Shown: one piece after another, positions 51,073 to 63,510 of the stretch
Layout of the letters: each line of letters starts with the position of its first letter
Position numbering within the stretch: position 1 is the stretch's first letter
Assembly (NCBI GenBank): GCA_030390025.1
Contig: CM059432.1
Span: 149,732,001-149,796,000 of the forward strand
DNA from: Squalus acanthias
Taxonomy: Eukaryota
DNA length: 64,000 nt
Reading direction: 5' to 3'
Notes under the pieces: generated by a model
Told to the model about the DNA's origin: nothing
Seen by the model: only the letters and a program-made list of their open reading frames with translations
Database searches by the model: none
Position numbers and translations under genes: made by a program

Positions 51073-51624
51073 AAGAAACCTTTGTAGCTCTACAATTTCT
51101 TCTTTAAATGATCTGTGAATTGTTGTTGCTGGGAGGAAATGCCCCGTGCAGCATACTGTGTTGGGTGAAGCCATTTCCACTTGCCTACTCATGTAGAATT
51201 CTAATATCCAGGTGCAAAGATTTACCAGAAATAGAAATAAATGACTTCAGTGATAATTTTTTTCTGTCTCAAAGTAGCGCTGGGTGCTGCAAAAATAAAA
51301 TAGAAGAAACAAGAAATGACTTGGAGCACAGTGTGGTGTCAGTGGACTGATAGAAAATAAAATTCAGTGCTTATTGTTGATATGAATAATGATCATCAAA
51401 ATTTACAGTCCGAATGGCAAAGAAATTGAAAAAAAATGTGTTATGGATAACTGATAACTCTGATTAAATATAACTCTAGACATTGCTATTTAAGTAACGT
51501 CTTTGTTTATCTGTAATTGTTTCAAAAATGTCACATAGTAAATAGTAATTATACTGAGGACCCATCTTTGCCGTAGTCATTTTAATTACCGCACTCTAAG
51601 CTGTTACAACAGATATAAACAGAT

Positions 51625-51765
51625 ACAGCACTGTGGGAGCACCTTCGCCACACGGACTGCAGCGGTTCAAGAAGGCGGCTCACCACCACCTTCTCGAGGG
51701 CAATTAGGGATGGGCAATAAATGCTGGCCTTGCCAGTGACGCCCACATCCAGTGAATGAATAGAT
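51625..51765 (+). mobile_element. LINE family B 3' end
   Basis: Matches 46318-46455. Confidence 0.85.
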
Positions 51766-52937
51766 TTTAAAAAATGTTGTACTGTTAATAGTGGTGTGTT
51801 ATCATTCAGCAATGTATTTTTCTTTTTTAAATTAAATTAATTTTGCGCTCATCAAAGTGAGGAAGGTCACTGCCGAGGGGAAGGGTGCGTTTCCATCTTG
51901 CAGTCACTGTTGTTTGTGCAGGTGAGCGTGGCAGCCAATGTACACACAACGGGATCCCCCAAATGACCACTGAATGAATGACCGGACAATAGCTGGAGTT
52001 TCCTCGGAGCTGCTCCGGCCCTGCTGCCGTAACTTCCGTCAGAGAGGGAGACAGCACACGATGGAAATAGGAACGCCAGAGCAGTGGTTCTCAACTGGGG
52101 GTCCGCTGCCCCCTAGGGGTCCGCAAGAAGATTTCGGGGGTTCCGCCAGTTGGCTTGTCCCATCAATATACAGGGGTGACTGCTGATGCTAATAACATGA
52201 ATATCAGTAGTCTCCCCTGTATATTGAGAGGAGTGGAATAGTCTCAGTGATACAAAGATTGTGCAGGCGCAGTCAATTCAGGTTCTTACTGTTGGACACC
52301 ATTTGAACATTTAGACAAGTCTGTTTGCGTGTCACTGACTATTACAGCGGTATTTATCTCGGTAAGTTTTTTTTGATCCAGCTGTAATCGCTTCTACATT
52401 CATAATCCACTCGCCACTTTTAACTATTAAATAAAATAGTGGAAGTTATAATTTCTCTTCCGGGGGGGGATTAAAACCTGAGTTGGGGGAAATCCGCGAG
52501 TTTGTCCGGCGTTGCGTGGGCTGAGCTAGTGTGAACCTTCCTTCCAATCATTTTCTTTCCCCTCATGCGGAGCCGCCCTGTGTCGGTTGGAAGCTGCTCG
52601 CACGTTTAAAGAGAGACCGTTTTTTCCCCTGATTAAACTGGTGTTTGAGACGGGGAGGGGACGCTGTCAATGCAAAGAGTGTACGCGCCACGTGGCCTTG
52701 AGGGGGGCGGGGGCAGAAAAAAGGGACTTTCCAGTCTCTGAACCTGCGGCAAGGCTGTAATAATCATGAAATGGAGGACGTGGACCTGGAACTTTAGTCC
52801 AGTCCGACCGAGTGTGCACTAAACGAGCCTCTGGTGAGCACTGTGCGAGTTGCTCCTGGTTCATTTCCTGTCGAGCAAATGGTTGATGGGGTGGAGCAGA
52901 CCTTGGGCAGCAAATGGGCACATATGTAAATTTAGGA

Positions 52938-54807
52938 TAAAAACCAAAAATGCAGGAAATTGTCAGCAGGTCAGGCAGCATCTGTGGAGAGAGAAACTGA
53001 GGTAACATTTCAGGTCGATGACCTTTCATCAGAACTGAAACAATGGCCGTTATTTTACTAACCTCGGTGGGTCCGTGGCGGACGACGTCGGTGGCGGGTC
53101 ACGACCCCACTGCTGGCTCCATCCCGGCCTTTGAAATGAATTTCCCTCGATGGGGCTTGTTAAGCCCGCCCAGCCAATTAGAGGAAGCGGGTCGGGTGAT
53201 GTCATTTGATGACGCATCATCAGCCGGTTTCCTTAAAGGGACCATGGCCGAATTTATTTTGACATTTGTGCTGTCAGTGTTCTACAGCATTGAGGTGCTG
53301 CAAACACTGACGAGCACTGCACAGAGGTGCACGGCTGCACTCAGGCTCTCCCATGACTCCCTCCATATGCTTATGGAGGGAGTCACAGCACGCAGAGAGG
53401 TCCTCTTCCCTTCCCATTGGTGGAAGAGACCTCCCCAGGAGATCAACACAGCCTGGTTGCACATTGCACAGGAGGACACAAGCAGGGATGTGGTCAGGGG
53501 TCCCTGGCTGCAGTGGTGCAAACCTTTCAATGATCTCAGTAGATCACGAAACGTTACTGCAAAGCCACACTCAACCTCATTCTGCTGTGCCACTCATCAC
53601 ATCTCCATCACTCTGCCTTCCCTACCCTTCTCCTGCACATCCTTACTCACACCAACTTACCTTGCACCTCCACCCATCCCTCTCTATCTACATTATCACT
53701 TCCCCATCTCACTAGCCACCCCTCACACTCACCCTCATCCTAGTCCAATCATACCAACTAACAACACACAAGGGTAGGCACTTGGGTGTGTAATGCAATG
53801 TTCATGTAAAGTTTCTGTTAATGTGGTGTCAAACATTGAAACCTTTATTTTCAGTACTTTGCGTTCTTGGACAGATTTGTGTGCACCTTTGGAAGTAGCT
53901 TAGTGAGTTGCAGTGAATGGTGAGACATAATGGTACCCCCCGCAATGGTGATGAGTGTGAAAGGAATGGCTTGGGCATTGTAGGGATGCTTTATGGTGCT
54001 GGTGTGGGGTGGTGCCAACCTGTCGCATCATGGGGCAGCCAGTGTGTACAGCGTCAAGTGAAGTAAATCTGGCCCTGGTGAGGCCATCCCTGGCCTTCCG
54101 GGCAGCAATGTGGTCGGGTGCTGATGCCCTGTGTCCTGTGCAGCATCAGTTGATTGCGGAGAAGGTTGGTGGTGTTGTTGTTGGTGCTGCTGGTGTTGGG
54201 GCTGATCATGGTGGGATTCTGAGGACCAAGGTGAGAGAGTATAAAAGACACCCATGCTGATGGAATAGATAGCAGGTGAAGTAGAGATGACAGAAGCGAT
54301 CTGTCAATGGTGAGAGAAGTAATAAGGTCAGACTGGATGGAGACTTGTGTCAAGACTTGCAGCATGGTGAATCTGTTGTGGAAATGCAGTGAGGAAGAGC
54401 TTGTGGCTGAGGGAAGATATCTCTGTAAGGTAGGAGCTTTTACCGTACATTTGAAGCTGTCAACTCAACAGCTGATTCAATGGCCACTGACCTCCCGCCT
54501 CAGCTTGACAGACGTGGTCCAATGCAAAAGGTGAACTGAAATTCATTCTTAAATGGCTCTAAACAAGCCACTAATTACCTGAATTGGGTCCCCCGCTGCT
54601 GCGTGTCAGGTGGCGGGGTCCCAACCCGCTGTGAAAAAATACACTTTCCCACCCGACCGGCCACCGATCGCGCCCGCTGACCCCCCGCAAAATCCAGTCC
54701 ATTAACTCGGTTTCTCTCTCCACAGATGCTGCCTGACCTGGTGAGTATTTCCAGCATTTTCTGTTTTTATTTCAGATTTCCAGCATCCGCAGCATTTTGT
54801 TTGTTTC
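52938..54807. mobile_element. Penelope family 2 inverted termini, split by a Harbinger element
   Basis: 52945-53010 is inverted relative to 54701-54765; aatttagga duplicated at 52929-52937 and 54808-54816; hammerhead core on the minus strand at 53000-53037. Confidence 0.8.
53045..54700. mobile_element. PIF/Harbinger element with Myb/SANT-like ORF remnant (+) and convergent transposase C-terminus remnant (-)
   Basis: LRLSHDSLHMLMEGVTARREVLFP..AWLHIA..WLQWCKPFNDL at about 53330-53545; minus-strand HIAARKARDGLTRARF near 54060-54115; imperfect TIRs; flanks aat / att. Confidence 0.8.
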
Positions 54808-55029
54808 AATTTAGGACTAAATAAATTCTTCTTTATGTAAGGTTTAATAGAGCTATTAATAACTAATAACTAATTTTTATACAGAAAAATTACTTGTGCT
54901 GTGTTGCAGGGCGTCCACAGAATTTTTATAACTCGGGAGGGTGGCCTCGGAAGAAAAAGGGTTGCGAACCCCTGCAGTAGAGGGCGCTCTTCTAATGCTT
55001 TGGGCAAGGTAACTTGCTGGGACAATGTG

Positions 55030-55448
55030 AGAAGAAAGAAAGACTTGCATTTATATAGCGCCTTTCACGACCACCGGACGTCTCAAAGCGCTTTGCAGCC
55101 AATGAAGTACTTTTGGAGTGTAGTCACTGTTGTACTGTGGGAAACGTGGCAGCCAATTTGCGCACAGCAAGCTCCCACAAACAGCAATGTGAAAATGACC
55201 AGATAATCTGTTTTGGTTGTGTTGGTTGAGGGAGAAATATTGGCCAGGACACCGGGGAGAACTCCCCTGCTCTTCTTCGAAATAGTGGCCATGGGATCTT
55301 TTACGTCCACCTGAGAGAGCAGACGGGGCCTCGGTTTAATATCTCATCCGAAAGACGGCACCTCTGACAGTGCGGCACTCCCTCAGCCTAGCTTTTTGTG
55401 CTCAAGTCCCTGGAGTGGGACTTGAACCCACAACCTTCAGACTCAGAA
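55030..55448 (-). mobile_element. DeuSINE
   Basis: Closely similar to 4475-5120. Confidence 0.88.
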
Positions 55449-58157
55449 TATGGCCTAGAAATTCGAACCATTATCACCAGCTGTTAAGGCTGGTTTTGAA
55501 GAACAAATGGCGGCCATCTCGCTTCCGCCCGCTTCCGGCATGGAATGCCACGGCCGCCATATTGGGCAGGTCGGCAGCGCTTTTGTTGCCTGCGCTCTCT
55601 GCCAGTATTTGAATTACCAGGAGCGTGATGTCAATCGGCGTGCAGCCGTTGGCAGCGCGTAGAGCTGGGCGAAAGCGGCGCTGAGCCATAAACTGCTCAG
55701 TAAACATTCCGTACAATTCACATTTACCGCGCTACTTTTAAATAAGTTACACCCAAATTACTGACTTCAATTGTCTTTCAGTTTATTGCAAAAATTCTTT
55801 AATATGATCCAGATCGAGCTGGCTTTTTTCTGATTGTTGCTTAATTAAAAATTTTTTTTGATTCTTTTCATCAAGATCCAGTTTACATCAAGACAATGCT
55901 GACGAACCCGCTAAACAAAGAAATATTAAGATTTAGAGAGGGTTTTTTGTTCTTATTGAAAATATATACACAGGTGCCTGTATAATATAAAGTTCCTCCA
56001 CAACCATAATCCTAAAATAAGCTTGGAAGGAGAGTTTGGAATTTCCATAGTACATGTCTTGTGATCAATGCCCTATTTTAACAAATTTACCAAGTGACCG
56101 TTACTCACTGTGTCCTTACCACTTCAGCAACATCTCTCTCCCCTATAATGGCGCTCCTTCCCTTACATTGCACTCAGTCCATTACATTTTCTGCGTTCGG
56201 CTTATATTTTGGGCATAATCTCAGGATTTCTCATGCAACGGTTTAAGGACATCTATGCCACAGTTTTTCACTTGGAAATGTACTGTTAATAAGGTGACTG
56301 ACCGAGAACGCCGCACCGATCCTTTAGGCGCGACCTTCGGCCTCCTGCTGATGTTACTGCCGGAAGAGCGCGTTGCACGGGAGCTTCCGCTCTGCGCTCA
56401 CTGAGATCAGCGGGCAGCACCAAAATACCGCGACTGCCTGCGCTCCTTTTGTGGGCGGCCGTTAGCTTCGCCCCGCGGGGGCACCGCCCGTTTCTGGGGC
56501 TTAATATTGAATTTCTGGGCCGATAGCGCTGGTTCCCCAAATCGGGGCTTCTGACTGCGATGGGGAATCAGGCATTGTGGGTCCACAATTTCTCAACCAG
56601 CGCCTTCTGTGAACGCCGCCTCTCACCAGGAGCGCCTGATTGGGGAATCAGCCCTGATACCTAACCTGTGCTGTACCCAACCTTTTTTACTTTCTGTATA
56701 ATGGGTGACATCACAGAAGGGGGACAGACAGATTCGACTGTTACATAAGCAGGTGTCTCATGAGTCTGATGGCTGCTGGCAGCACAGAGCTGGGGAATTA
56801 GCGTTGGGTTTGCTCCATGCTGACACTGAGTGCAACAAGTGGTAAATCTTCCCTCCTCCAGTGCTGACATCTTCATGAACAGAAAATGAAACAAAAATAT
56901 ATTTTTAAAAAACCTCAGTAAGATAGTTTGCTGTTAGAAGGGGCAATGCGTCGATATAGTGAAGCTGGGTTGTCATTCTGGGTCTATCACTCCTAAACCC
57001 TCATGTCATTGTTCGGTTTATTTGAAATCAATGGCCAGAAAATCAGAGAGCCGGGACTCCGGAACACCGACCTTGTCCTGTAAGACCAGTTGGTGCGTCT
57101 GCAGCGGGAATGGTGTCCCGCCATTTCCATAGAATCATAGCAGAGAAGGAGGCCATTTAGCCCATCATACTTGTACAGGCTCTTTGCTAATCTCACTGAC
57201 CTGTGCTCTCCTCTTAGCCTTGCATCTTCCTCTGCTTCAAATATATGTTTGATTATCCTTAAAAGAGGCAGCCATCCCTGCCTCAACCCTCTTTCACCTG
57301 TGACAAAGCCTTCCTTGCTCTACCCACCCCTCTGCATAAATAAATATATTCTGATGTCTCTTCTCACTCGCCGTGGAAATTGTAAACCGATGACACCTCA
57401 TCGCTGACTCCCCAATCAGAGGAAATAGTCTTTCCCTATTCACTCTGTCAAAACCCTTCAGAATTAAAAAAAAACAACCTCTATTAGATCTCTTAGCCTT
57501 CTCTGCTCGAATGCAAATAGTCCCAGTATTTTGATGCTCTTGTGAGTTTTAATATTTCTGGCACCCTAATTACCATGGGTAATGTTGGCTCTTCAATTTT
57601 TATTAATAGATAGGAAGTTGCTTTGAAGACTGGAATTATGCGAATGTGTTTGAATGCTGCACTTATTGCACGCACGTCTTTCATCTTCAGCAACAAAAGC
57701 TGTCCTTTTTACACATTCAGAGTGTGAATATTTATTAACACAAGAAAGCTGGCGAGCAATTTTGTGCCCTGGTCTGGTCGAGTGCTTGTTTTTTTTGGGC
57801 CACACTGCAAAACGGTCCCCCCCCCCACACCACTGCACTTTCAGTTGCCAAAAAAAACAGGCTCCTTTGTATTCATTTTTAAAATTGAAAGTTCGCCAAA
57901 TACTTGTTTTTTATTAAGAGCTTTCTGTTTATTCATGTGAGCGCTGCGTTATCGAGCAAAGCAGGGCTCAGATGAAAGAGCAGGTTGAAAATGTCTCATT
58001 AACATACCTGGACTTCTTGCAGTCAATCATACACAAGATTTTATTTTGTGTTACAGTATGTAGATGGACGCTGGACATTATTGCCTGATGCTTACACTGC
58101 CTGCCAGGGCTCCTCAGCATCGCTTGTCATCTGCAATCCCCAGGACTGGTTGCTCAC

Positions 58158-58202
58158 CTGCCTGCTGCGGTGCTGCTGTCTGAAACCTGTGACCCTGTGA
58201 CC
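58158..58202 (-). other. Candidate 45-nt internal exon
   Basis: Acceptor gtttctttcccag| and donor CAG|gtgagc; all three frames open; unique-looking flanks. Confidence 0.4.
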
Positions 58203-58589
58203 CTGGGAAAGAAACAACTTTGTTCAATTGGAGCACGCAACAGGAATTCGGGTGAGGTGATCAGCAGACCTGATTCACCATTTTCTGCGCGAGCTGCAAA
58301 TCAGGAGCATTGATCTCCGCACTGAGTTCCCGATATATGTTCCTACTGAACGAAGCTGTGTGTTGCGAGTGCCGAATCAAAAGGTTAACCCCGTAGCGCT
58401 CTTCAGATCTTCCTAAAGTCCAGTACGCTCAGCTCCAGAATACAGCTCCGGTCCACCCAGCAGATCTCCCGTCTCACTTCCCCTGCCAGCATGTCCCATC
58501 TCCTAGCCTGTCCCAGACTTTAGTCCCTCCGAGGCAGTCCGGGGACTTCCCTCTAAACAATGGTCCAGATTTTCCTGCCATACTTGCCA

Positions 58590-59090
58590 CAGGGGGAGTG
58601 CAGCGAAGGTTCGCCAGACTGATTCCTGGGATGGCAGGACTGTCGTATGAGGAGAGATTGGGTTGACTAGAGTTTAGAAGAATGAGAGGGGATCTCATTG
58701 AAACATATAAAATTCTGACCGGGCTAGACAGACTGGATGCAGGGAGGATGTTTCCCCTGGCTGGGGGGGGGGGGGGGTCTAGAACGAGGGGTCACAGTCT
58801 CAGGATACGGGGTAAGACATTTAGGACTGAGATGAGGAGAAATTTCTTCACTCAGAGGGTGGTGAACCTGTGGAATTCTCTACCACAGAAGGCTGTGGAG
58901 GCCAAGTCACTGAATATATTTAAGAAGGAGATAGATAGATTTCTAGACTCAAAAGGCATCAAGGGGTATGGGGAGAGAGCGGGAATATGGTATTGAGATA
59001 GAGGATCAGCCATGATCATATTGAATGGCAGAGCAGGCTCAAAGGGCCGAATGGCCGACTCCTGCTCCTATTTTTCTATGTTTCTGTTTC
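58590..59090 (+). mobile_element. CR1 3' fragment
   Basis: Same subfamily as 3515-4130. Confidence 0.93.
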
Positions 59091-59091
59091 T

Positions 59092-59700
59092 AAAATAATG
59101 GTGAGGCTAATGGCGCTCGCTCTTATTTATGCATAAATGGTAGAGCAACTTCAGACAAGGGCAGATGCGCGGTTAAACTCCAATAACCAGAGGTTGCTGT
59201 CCGAGTTGCGCCACTCTGCCGTCAGTTTCCTGAAAACGGCTCACCATTGAAATGCAATGAATGTCAGGAAGTTGCTAAATTTGCGCGGTAGATGGGAACT
59301 AAACTCGCCACGGAAATTTAAGTCTTGTCCATTTCAGTCTAGGGACCCTTTTAACGACATAAGTGTTAATTACTGCCAAACAACTGCTCTGGCACTGAAA
59401 ACAAACTATTACAAGCGCGGAGTCTCATCCCTTCAAGTTTAAATTGTTGTTGGAGATTTTAAAAATGTAAAAATTTTAAATGATGACATTTTTTAAATGT
59501 TCCTTTCTGTCTCTTTTTTTTCTCTCTCTCTCTTAATCCAGTCTCTCGTTCCCTCTCTTTATTTCTCTTTCTGTACCTGATTTGACATTGAATTCACCCA
59601 TTCTAATTTACACTTCCTTCTCAGTCTTTGTGCTGGTAATTACACATTCCTTCACTCTGATTGGTTAAGGAGATGCACAGTTACATGCCTTGTTTCCCTC
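59092..59700. mobile_element. Harbinger-type element fragment
   Basis: Homologous to 47840-48360. Confidence 0.65.
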
Positions 59701-59799
59701 GCTGCAACATTATCTGCTCACATTGTGTGTGCAACATTTCAAAAAGGCTTGTTGATAATGTGAAGGCACATGGTACTAAAGGGAATGTGGAGCATGTAT

Positions 59800-61266
59800 A
59801 GGAATAACAACAGAAAATGCTAGAAATACTCAGCAGGCCAGGCAGCATCTGTAGAGAGAGAAACAGAGTTAATGGGCTGGATTTTGTCAATGGGAAGCTT
59901 TTGGAGGCGGGATTGCTGCTTGCCGACTTTCAATCCCGCCTCCATCAGGTTCTGGCTAACCAGCGGGATTTTCCCCTGATTGACCTTGTTAAGCCCGCCC
60001 GGCGGGCTCAGCAGGCCAATTAGGAGGAAGTCACTTACAGAGCACGTCAACGTCTGACGTGTCATCTGTCAAGATTTCTTGAAAGAAGAAATGTCATCGT
60101 TTGACAGCTCTGTGAAGCTGTCAAACACTGCCATTCTGTGTAGTTTGATGATTCCTTGTGTTCAGGACTCATCAAACCTTTCAACTTTGCAGAAATCACC
60201 TGGCTGTTGGTTCGGAGGATCCAACAGCCAGTCTGTGAAATCTACAATGGAGATGTCGGGGACTCCGGATCCACAGCGTCTGAAGGCTGTAGGCAGAAAC
60301 AAAGGCAAGTGAACATTTTATAACACTTAACACTCACCTTACATACTTACCACTCCACACTTGCACCCTTCACTCACCTCTACATCTCACTTTCAGACCC
60401 CTCCGACCCCCGCAGACCTCCTTCTCGTCTCCTGCACCCTGCCGGGGTTCCCCGAGGTCGGGAAGCCTGCACTTCGGAGCTAACAATGGGGATAATACTT
60501 TTTTCTGCCTGTTAACTACCTGTTAGCAGGCAGTTAATAGGCTTTAATCCCTTTCCCGCCTCGAGGAGACGGAGCCCAGGGCAGGACGGCTTCCCTCCTC
60601 CTGGCAAGAGGGCACGGCGACGGGTAGGGGGCGGGTTTGCCACCCGCCCCCAACTTTACCGGCGGTCCCGCCTCCATACCCGCCTCCTCGGGGCTGACAG
60701 AATCCAGCCCAATGTTTCAGGTCTGTGACACTTCGTCAGAACTGGAAAAAGTTCGGGATGTAACAGGTTTTAAGCAGGTGCAGAGGCAGGGAGAGGGGGG
60801 GGGGGGGAGCGGTAGGGGAGGAAGGAACTAAAGGGACGGTCTGTGCTAGAATGAAAAGCAGGAGAAATAATGTTGCAAATGGGAATGGCAGATTCATCAA
60901 CAGCTGCCATCTGAAAAGATAGGGGCAGAGGTTATGGTCTGAAATTGTTGAACTCGATGTTGAGTCCAGAAGGCTGTAAAGTGCTTAATCGAAAGATGAG
61001 GTGCTGTTCCTCGAGCTTACGTTGAGCTTCATTGGAACAGTGTAAGAGGCCGAGGACGGGGAGATCAGAGTGGGAGTGGAGCGGAGAATTAAAGTGACAG
61101 GCGACCGGAAGCTCGGGATCCCCCTTACGGACTGAATGGAGGTGTTCCGCAAAGCGGTCACCCAATCTGCGTTTGGTCTCCCCAATGTAGAGGAGACTGC
61201 ATCGTGAGCAGTGAATACAGTATACTAGATTGCAAGAAGTACAAGTAAATCGCTGTTTCACCTGGA
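59800..61266 (-). mobile_element. Penelope-like element family 2, 5'-truncated (GIY-YIG endonuclease, UTR, terminal repeat)
   Basis: ORF 60932-61261 NLVYCIHCSRCSLLYIGETKRRLGDRFAEH..PVACHFN..GLNIEF; hammerhead split by an insertion. Confidence 0.92.
59874..60710. mobile_element. Harbinger-type non-autonomous element inserted in a Penelope hammerhead
   Basis: TIRs GGGCTGGATTTTGTCA / TGACAGAATCCAGCCC (15 of 16); 3-bp TSD AAT. Confidence 0.9.
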
Positions 61267-61289
61267 ATGCATAGGAAGTTAATTAAAGG

Positions 61290-63510
61290 TTAGAAAAGAG
61301 AGAATAATGGTTAATGGCTGTTCATGGACTGGAGGGATGAAAACAGTGGTGTCCCTCAAGATTCAGTGTCAGGACCATTGCTCTTCTCAACATATATAAA
61401 TGCTCTGTACTCAAATATAGGTGGCTCAATATCCAAATTTGCAGGCAATGTAACAACAGGGAGGGTGGTTAACTGTGAAGAGGACTGGGCAAATAGATTT
61501 CAGATTAAATTTAATAAACTCCAAATGGTAAAAAAAATTAAAGGAGTGGAAGAACAGAGTGGCTAAGTTGATAAAGCTGTTAAAAATGTATATGGGAATC
61601 CTAGGTTTTATAAGTAGAAAAGTAAAGAAATAATGTTAAACCTATACAAACCATTGGCTAGGCCATAGTTAGAATATTGTGTCCAGTTTTGAATGTCCCA
61701 CTTTAGGAAAGATGTCAAGGCTGTGGAAAGGGTGCAGAAAAAATTCACTAAGATGTTTGTTTTATTAGTTACTGGGATGTGGGCGTCGCTGGCAAGGCCA
61801 GCATTTATTGCCCTTGAGAAGGTGGTGGTGAGCCGCCTTCTTGAACTGCTGCAGTCCGTGAGGTGAAGGTACTCCCACAGTGCTGTTAGGGAGGGAGTTC
61901 CAGAATTTTGGCCCAGCGATGATGAAGGATCGGCGATATACTTCCAAGTCGGGATGGTGTGTGACTTGAAGGGGAACTTGGAGGTGGTGGTGTTCCCATG
62001 CGCCTGCTGTCCTTGTCCTTCTAGGTGGAAGAGGTCGCGGGTTTGGGAGGTGCTGTTGAAGAAGCCTTGGCGAGTTGCTGCAGTGCACCTTGTAGATGGT
62101 ACACACTGCAGCCACGGTGCGCCGGTGGTGGAGGGAGTGAATGTTTAAGGTGGTGGATGGGGTGCCAATCAAGCGGGCTGCTTTGTACTGGATGGTGTCG
62201 AGCTTCTTGAGTGTTGTTGGAGCTGCACTCATCCAGGCAAGTGGAGAGTATTCCATCACACTCCTTACTTGTGTCTTGTAGATGGTAGAAAGGCTTTGGG
62301 GAGTCAGGAGGTGAGACACTCACCGCAGAATACCCAGCCTCTGACCTGCTCTTGTAGCCACAGTATTTAAGTGACTGGTCCAGTTAAGTTTCTGGTCAAT
62401 GGTGACCCCCCCCAGGATGTTGATAGTGGGGGATTCGGCGATGGTAATGCCGTTGAATGTCAAGGGGCAGTGGTTAGCCTCTCTCTTGTTGGAGATGGTC
62501 ATTGTCTGGCACTTGTGTGGTGCGAATGTTACCTGCCACTTATCAGCCCAAGCCTGAATGTTGTCCAGGTCTTGCTGCGTGCGGGCATGGACTGCTTCAT
62601 TATCTGAGGAGTTGTGAATGGCGCTGAACACTGTGCAGTCATCAGCGAACATCCCCACGTCTGACCTTATGATGGAGGGAAGGTCATTGATGAAGCAGCT
62701 AAAGATGGTTGGGCCTAGGACACTGCCCTGAGGAACTCCTGCAGCGATGTCCTGGGGCTGAGATGATTGGGCTCCAACAACCACAACCATCTTCCTTTGT
62801 GCTAGGTATGACTCCAGCCAGTGGAGAGTTTTCCCCCCGATTCCCACAGACTTCAATTTTACTCGGGCTTTTTGATGCCACACTCGGTCAAATACTGCCT
62901 TGATGTCAAGGGCAGTCACTCTCACCTCACCCCTGGAATTCAGCTCCTTTGTCCATGTTTGGACCAGGGCTGTAATGATGTCTGGAGCCGAGTGGTCTTG
63001 GCGGAACCCAAACTGAGCATCAGTGAGCAGGTTATTGGTGAGTAAGTGCCGTTTGATAGCACTGTCGACGACACCTTCCATCATACCAGGAATGAGAGGC
63101 TTTGGTTATAAGGAGAGACACGAGGAACAGGCCTCCTTTCATTTGTACAGAGGAAGCTGATTGAGTTGATCTGATAAAGTAAATTGGGGAGAAAAAGATT
63201 ATTTCCATTGGTGGATAAGTTGGCTAGTAATGAGCATAAATTCAGGATCATCACCAAAGGAACACATTAAGATTGTTTTTGATTTAGAGGGCTCTTAGGA
63301 CATGGGATGTCCTATCAGAACCAGTGGTGGAAGCAGAATCCACAATAGCTTTGAAAAGGAAAGTTGATAAATATTCGGGGGGAGAAAAGTTGAAAAGGTC
63401 TGGGGAAAGGTCATGGAAATGAAACTATTTGGATAACTCTTTCAGAGATCTCGCACAGATGCAGTGGGCTGAATGGCCTCCTTCTGTGCTGTAAAATTCT
63501 ATGATTCCAA
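61290..63510 (+). mobile_element. Old CR1 RT and 3' fragment split by LINE B
   Basis: SGVPQDSVSGP and SKFAGN; ttcactaagatg|ataccaggaatg is continuous across the insertion. Confidence 0.8.
61756..63082 (-). mobile_element. LINE family B RT and 3' part
   Basis: ORF 62320-63084 with QFGFRQ, ALDIKAVFDRVWH, PQGSVLGP and FADD; homologous to 45125-46450. Confidence 0.95.

Larger units (their letters stand above)
52082..54974. mobile_element. hAT (Charlie-like) non-autonomous element with nested insertions
   Basis: TIRs CAGTGGTTCTCAAC / GTTGCGAACCCCTG (12 of 14); 8-bp flanks cgccagag / cagtagag partly match. Confidence 0.75.

Noticed and set aside
50062..51107. F/L/S-rich and G/W-rich ORFs resembling membrane or GW proteins
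   Set aside because: Produced by the (TTTC)n and (GGGGT)n repeats
53043..53777. Domesticated MSANTD-like host gene
   Set aside because: Lies between Harbinger TIRs within nested TEs, and the domain looks degenerate
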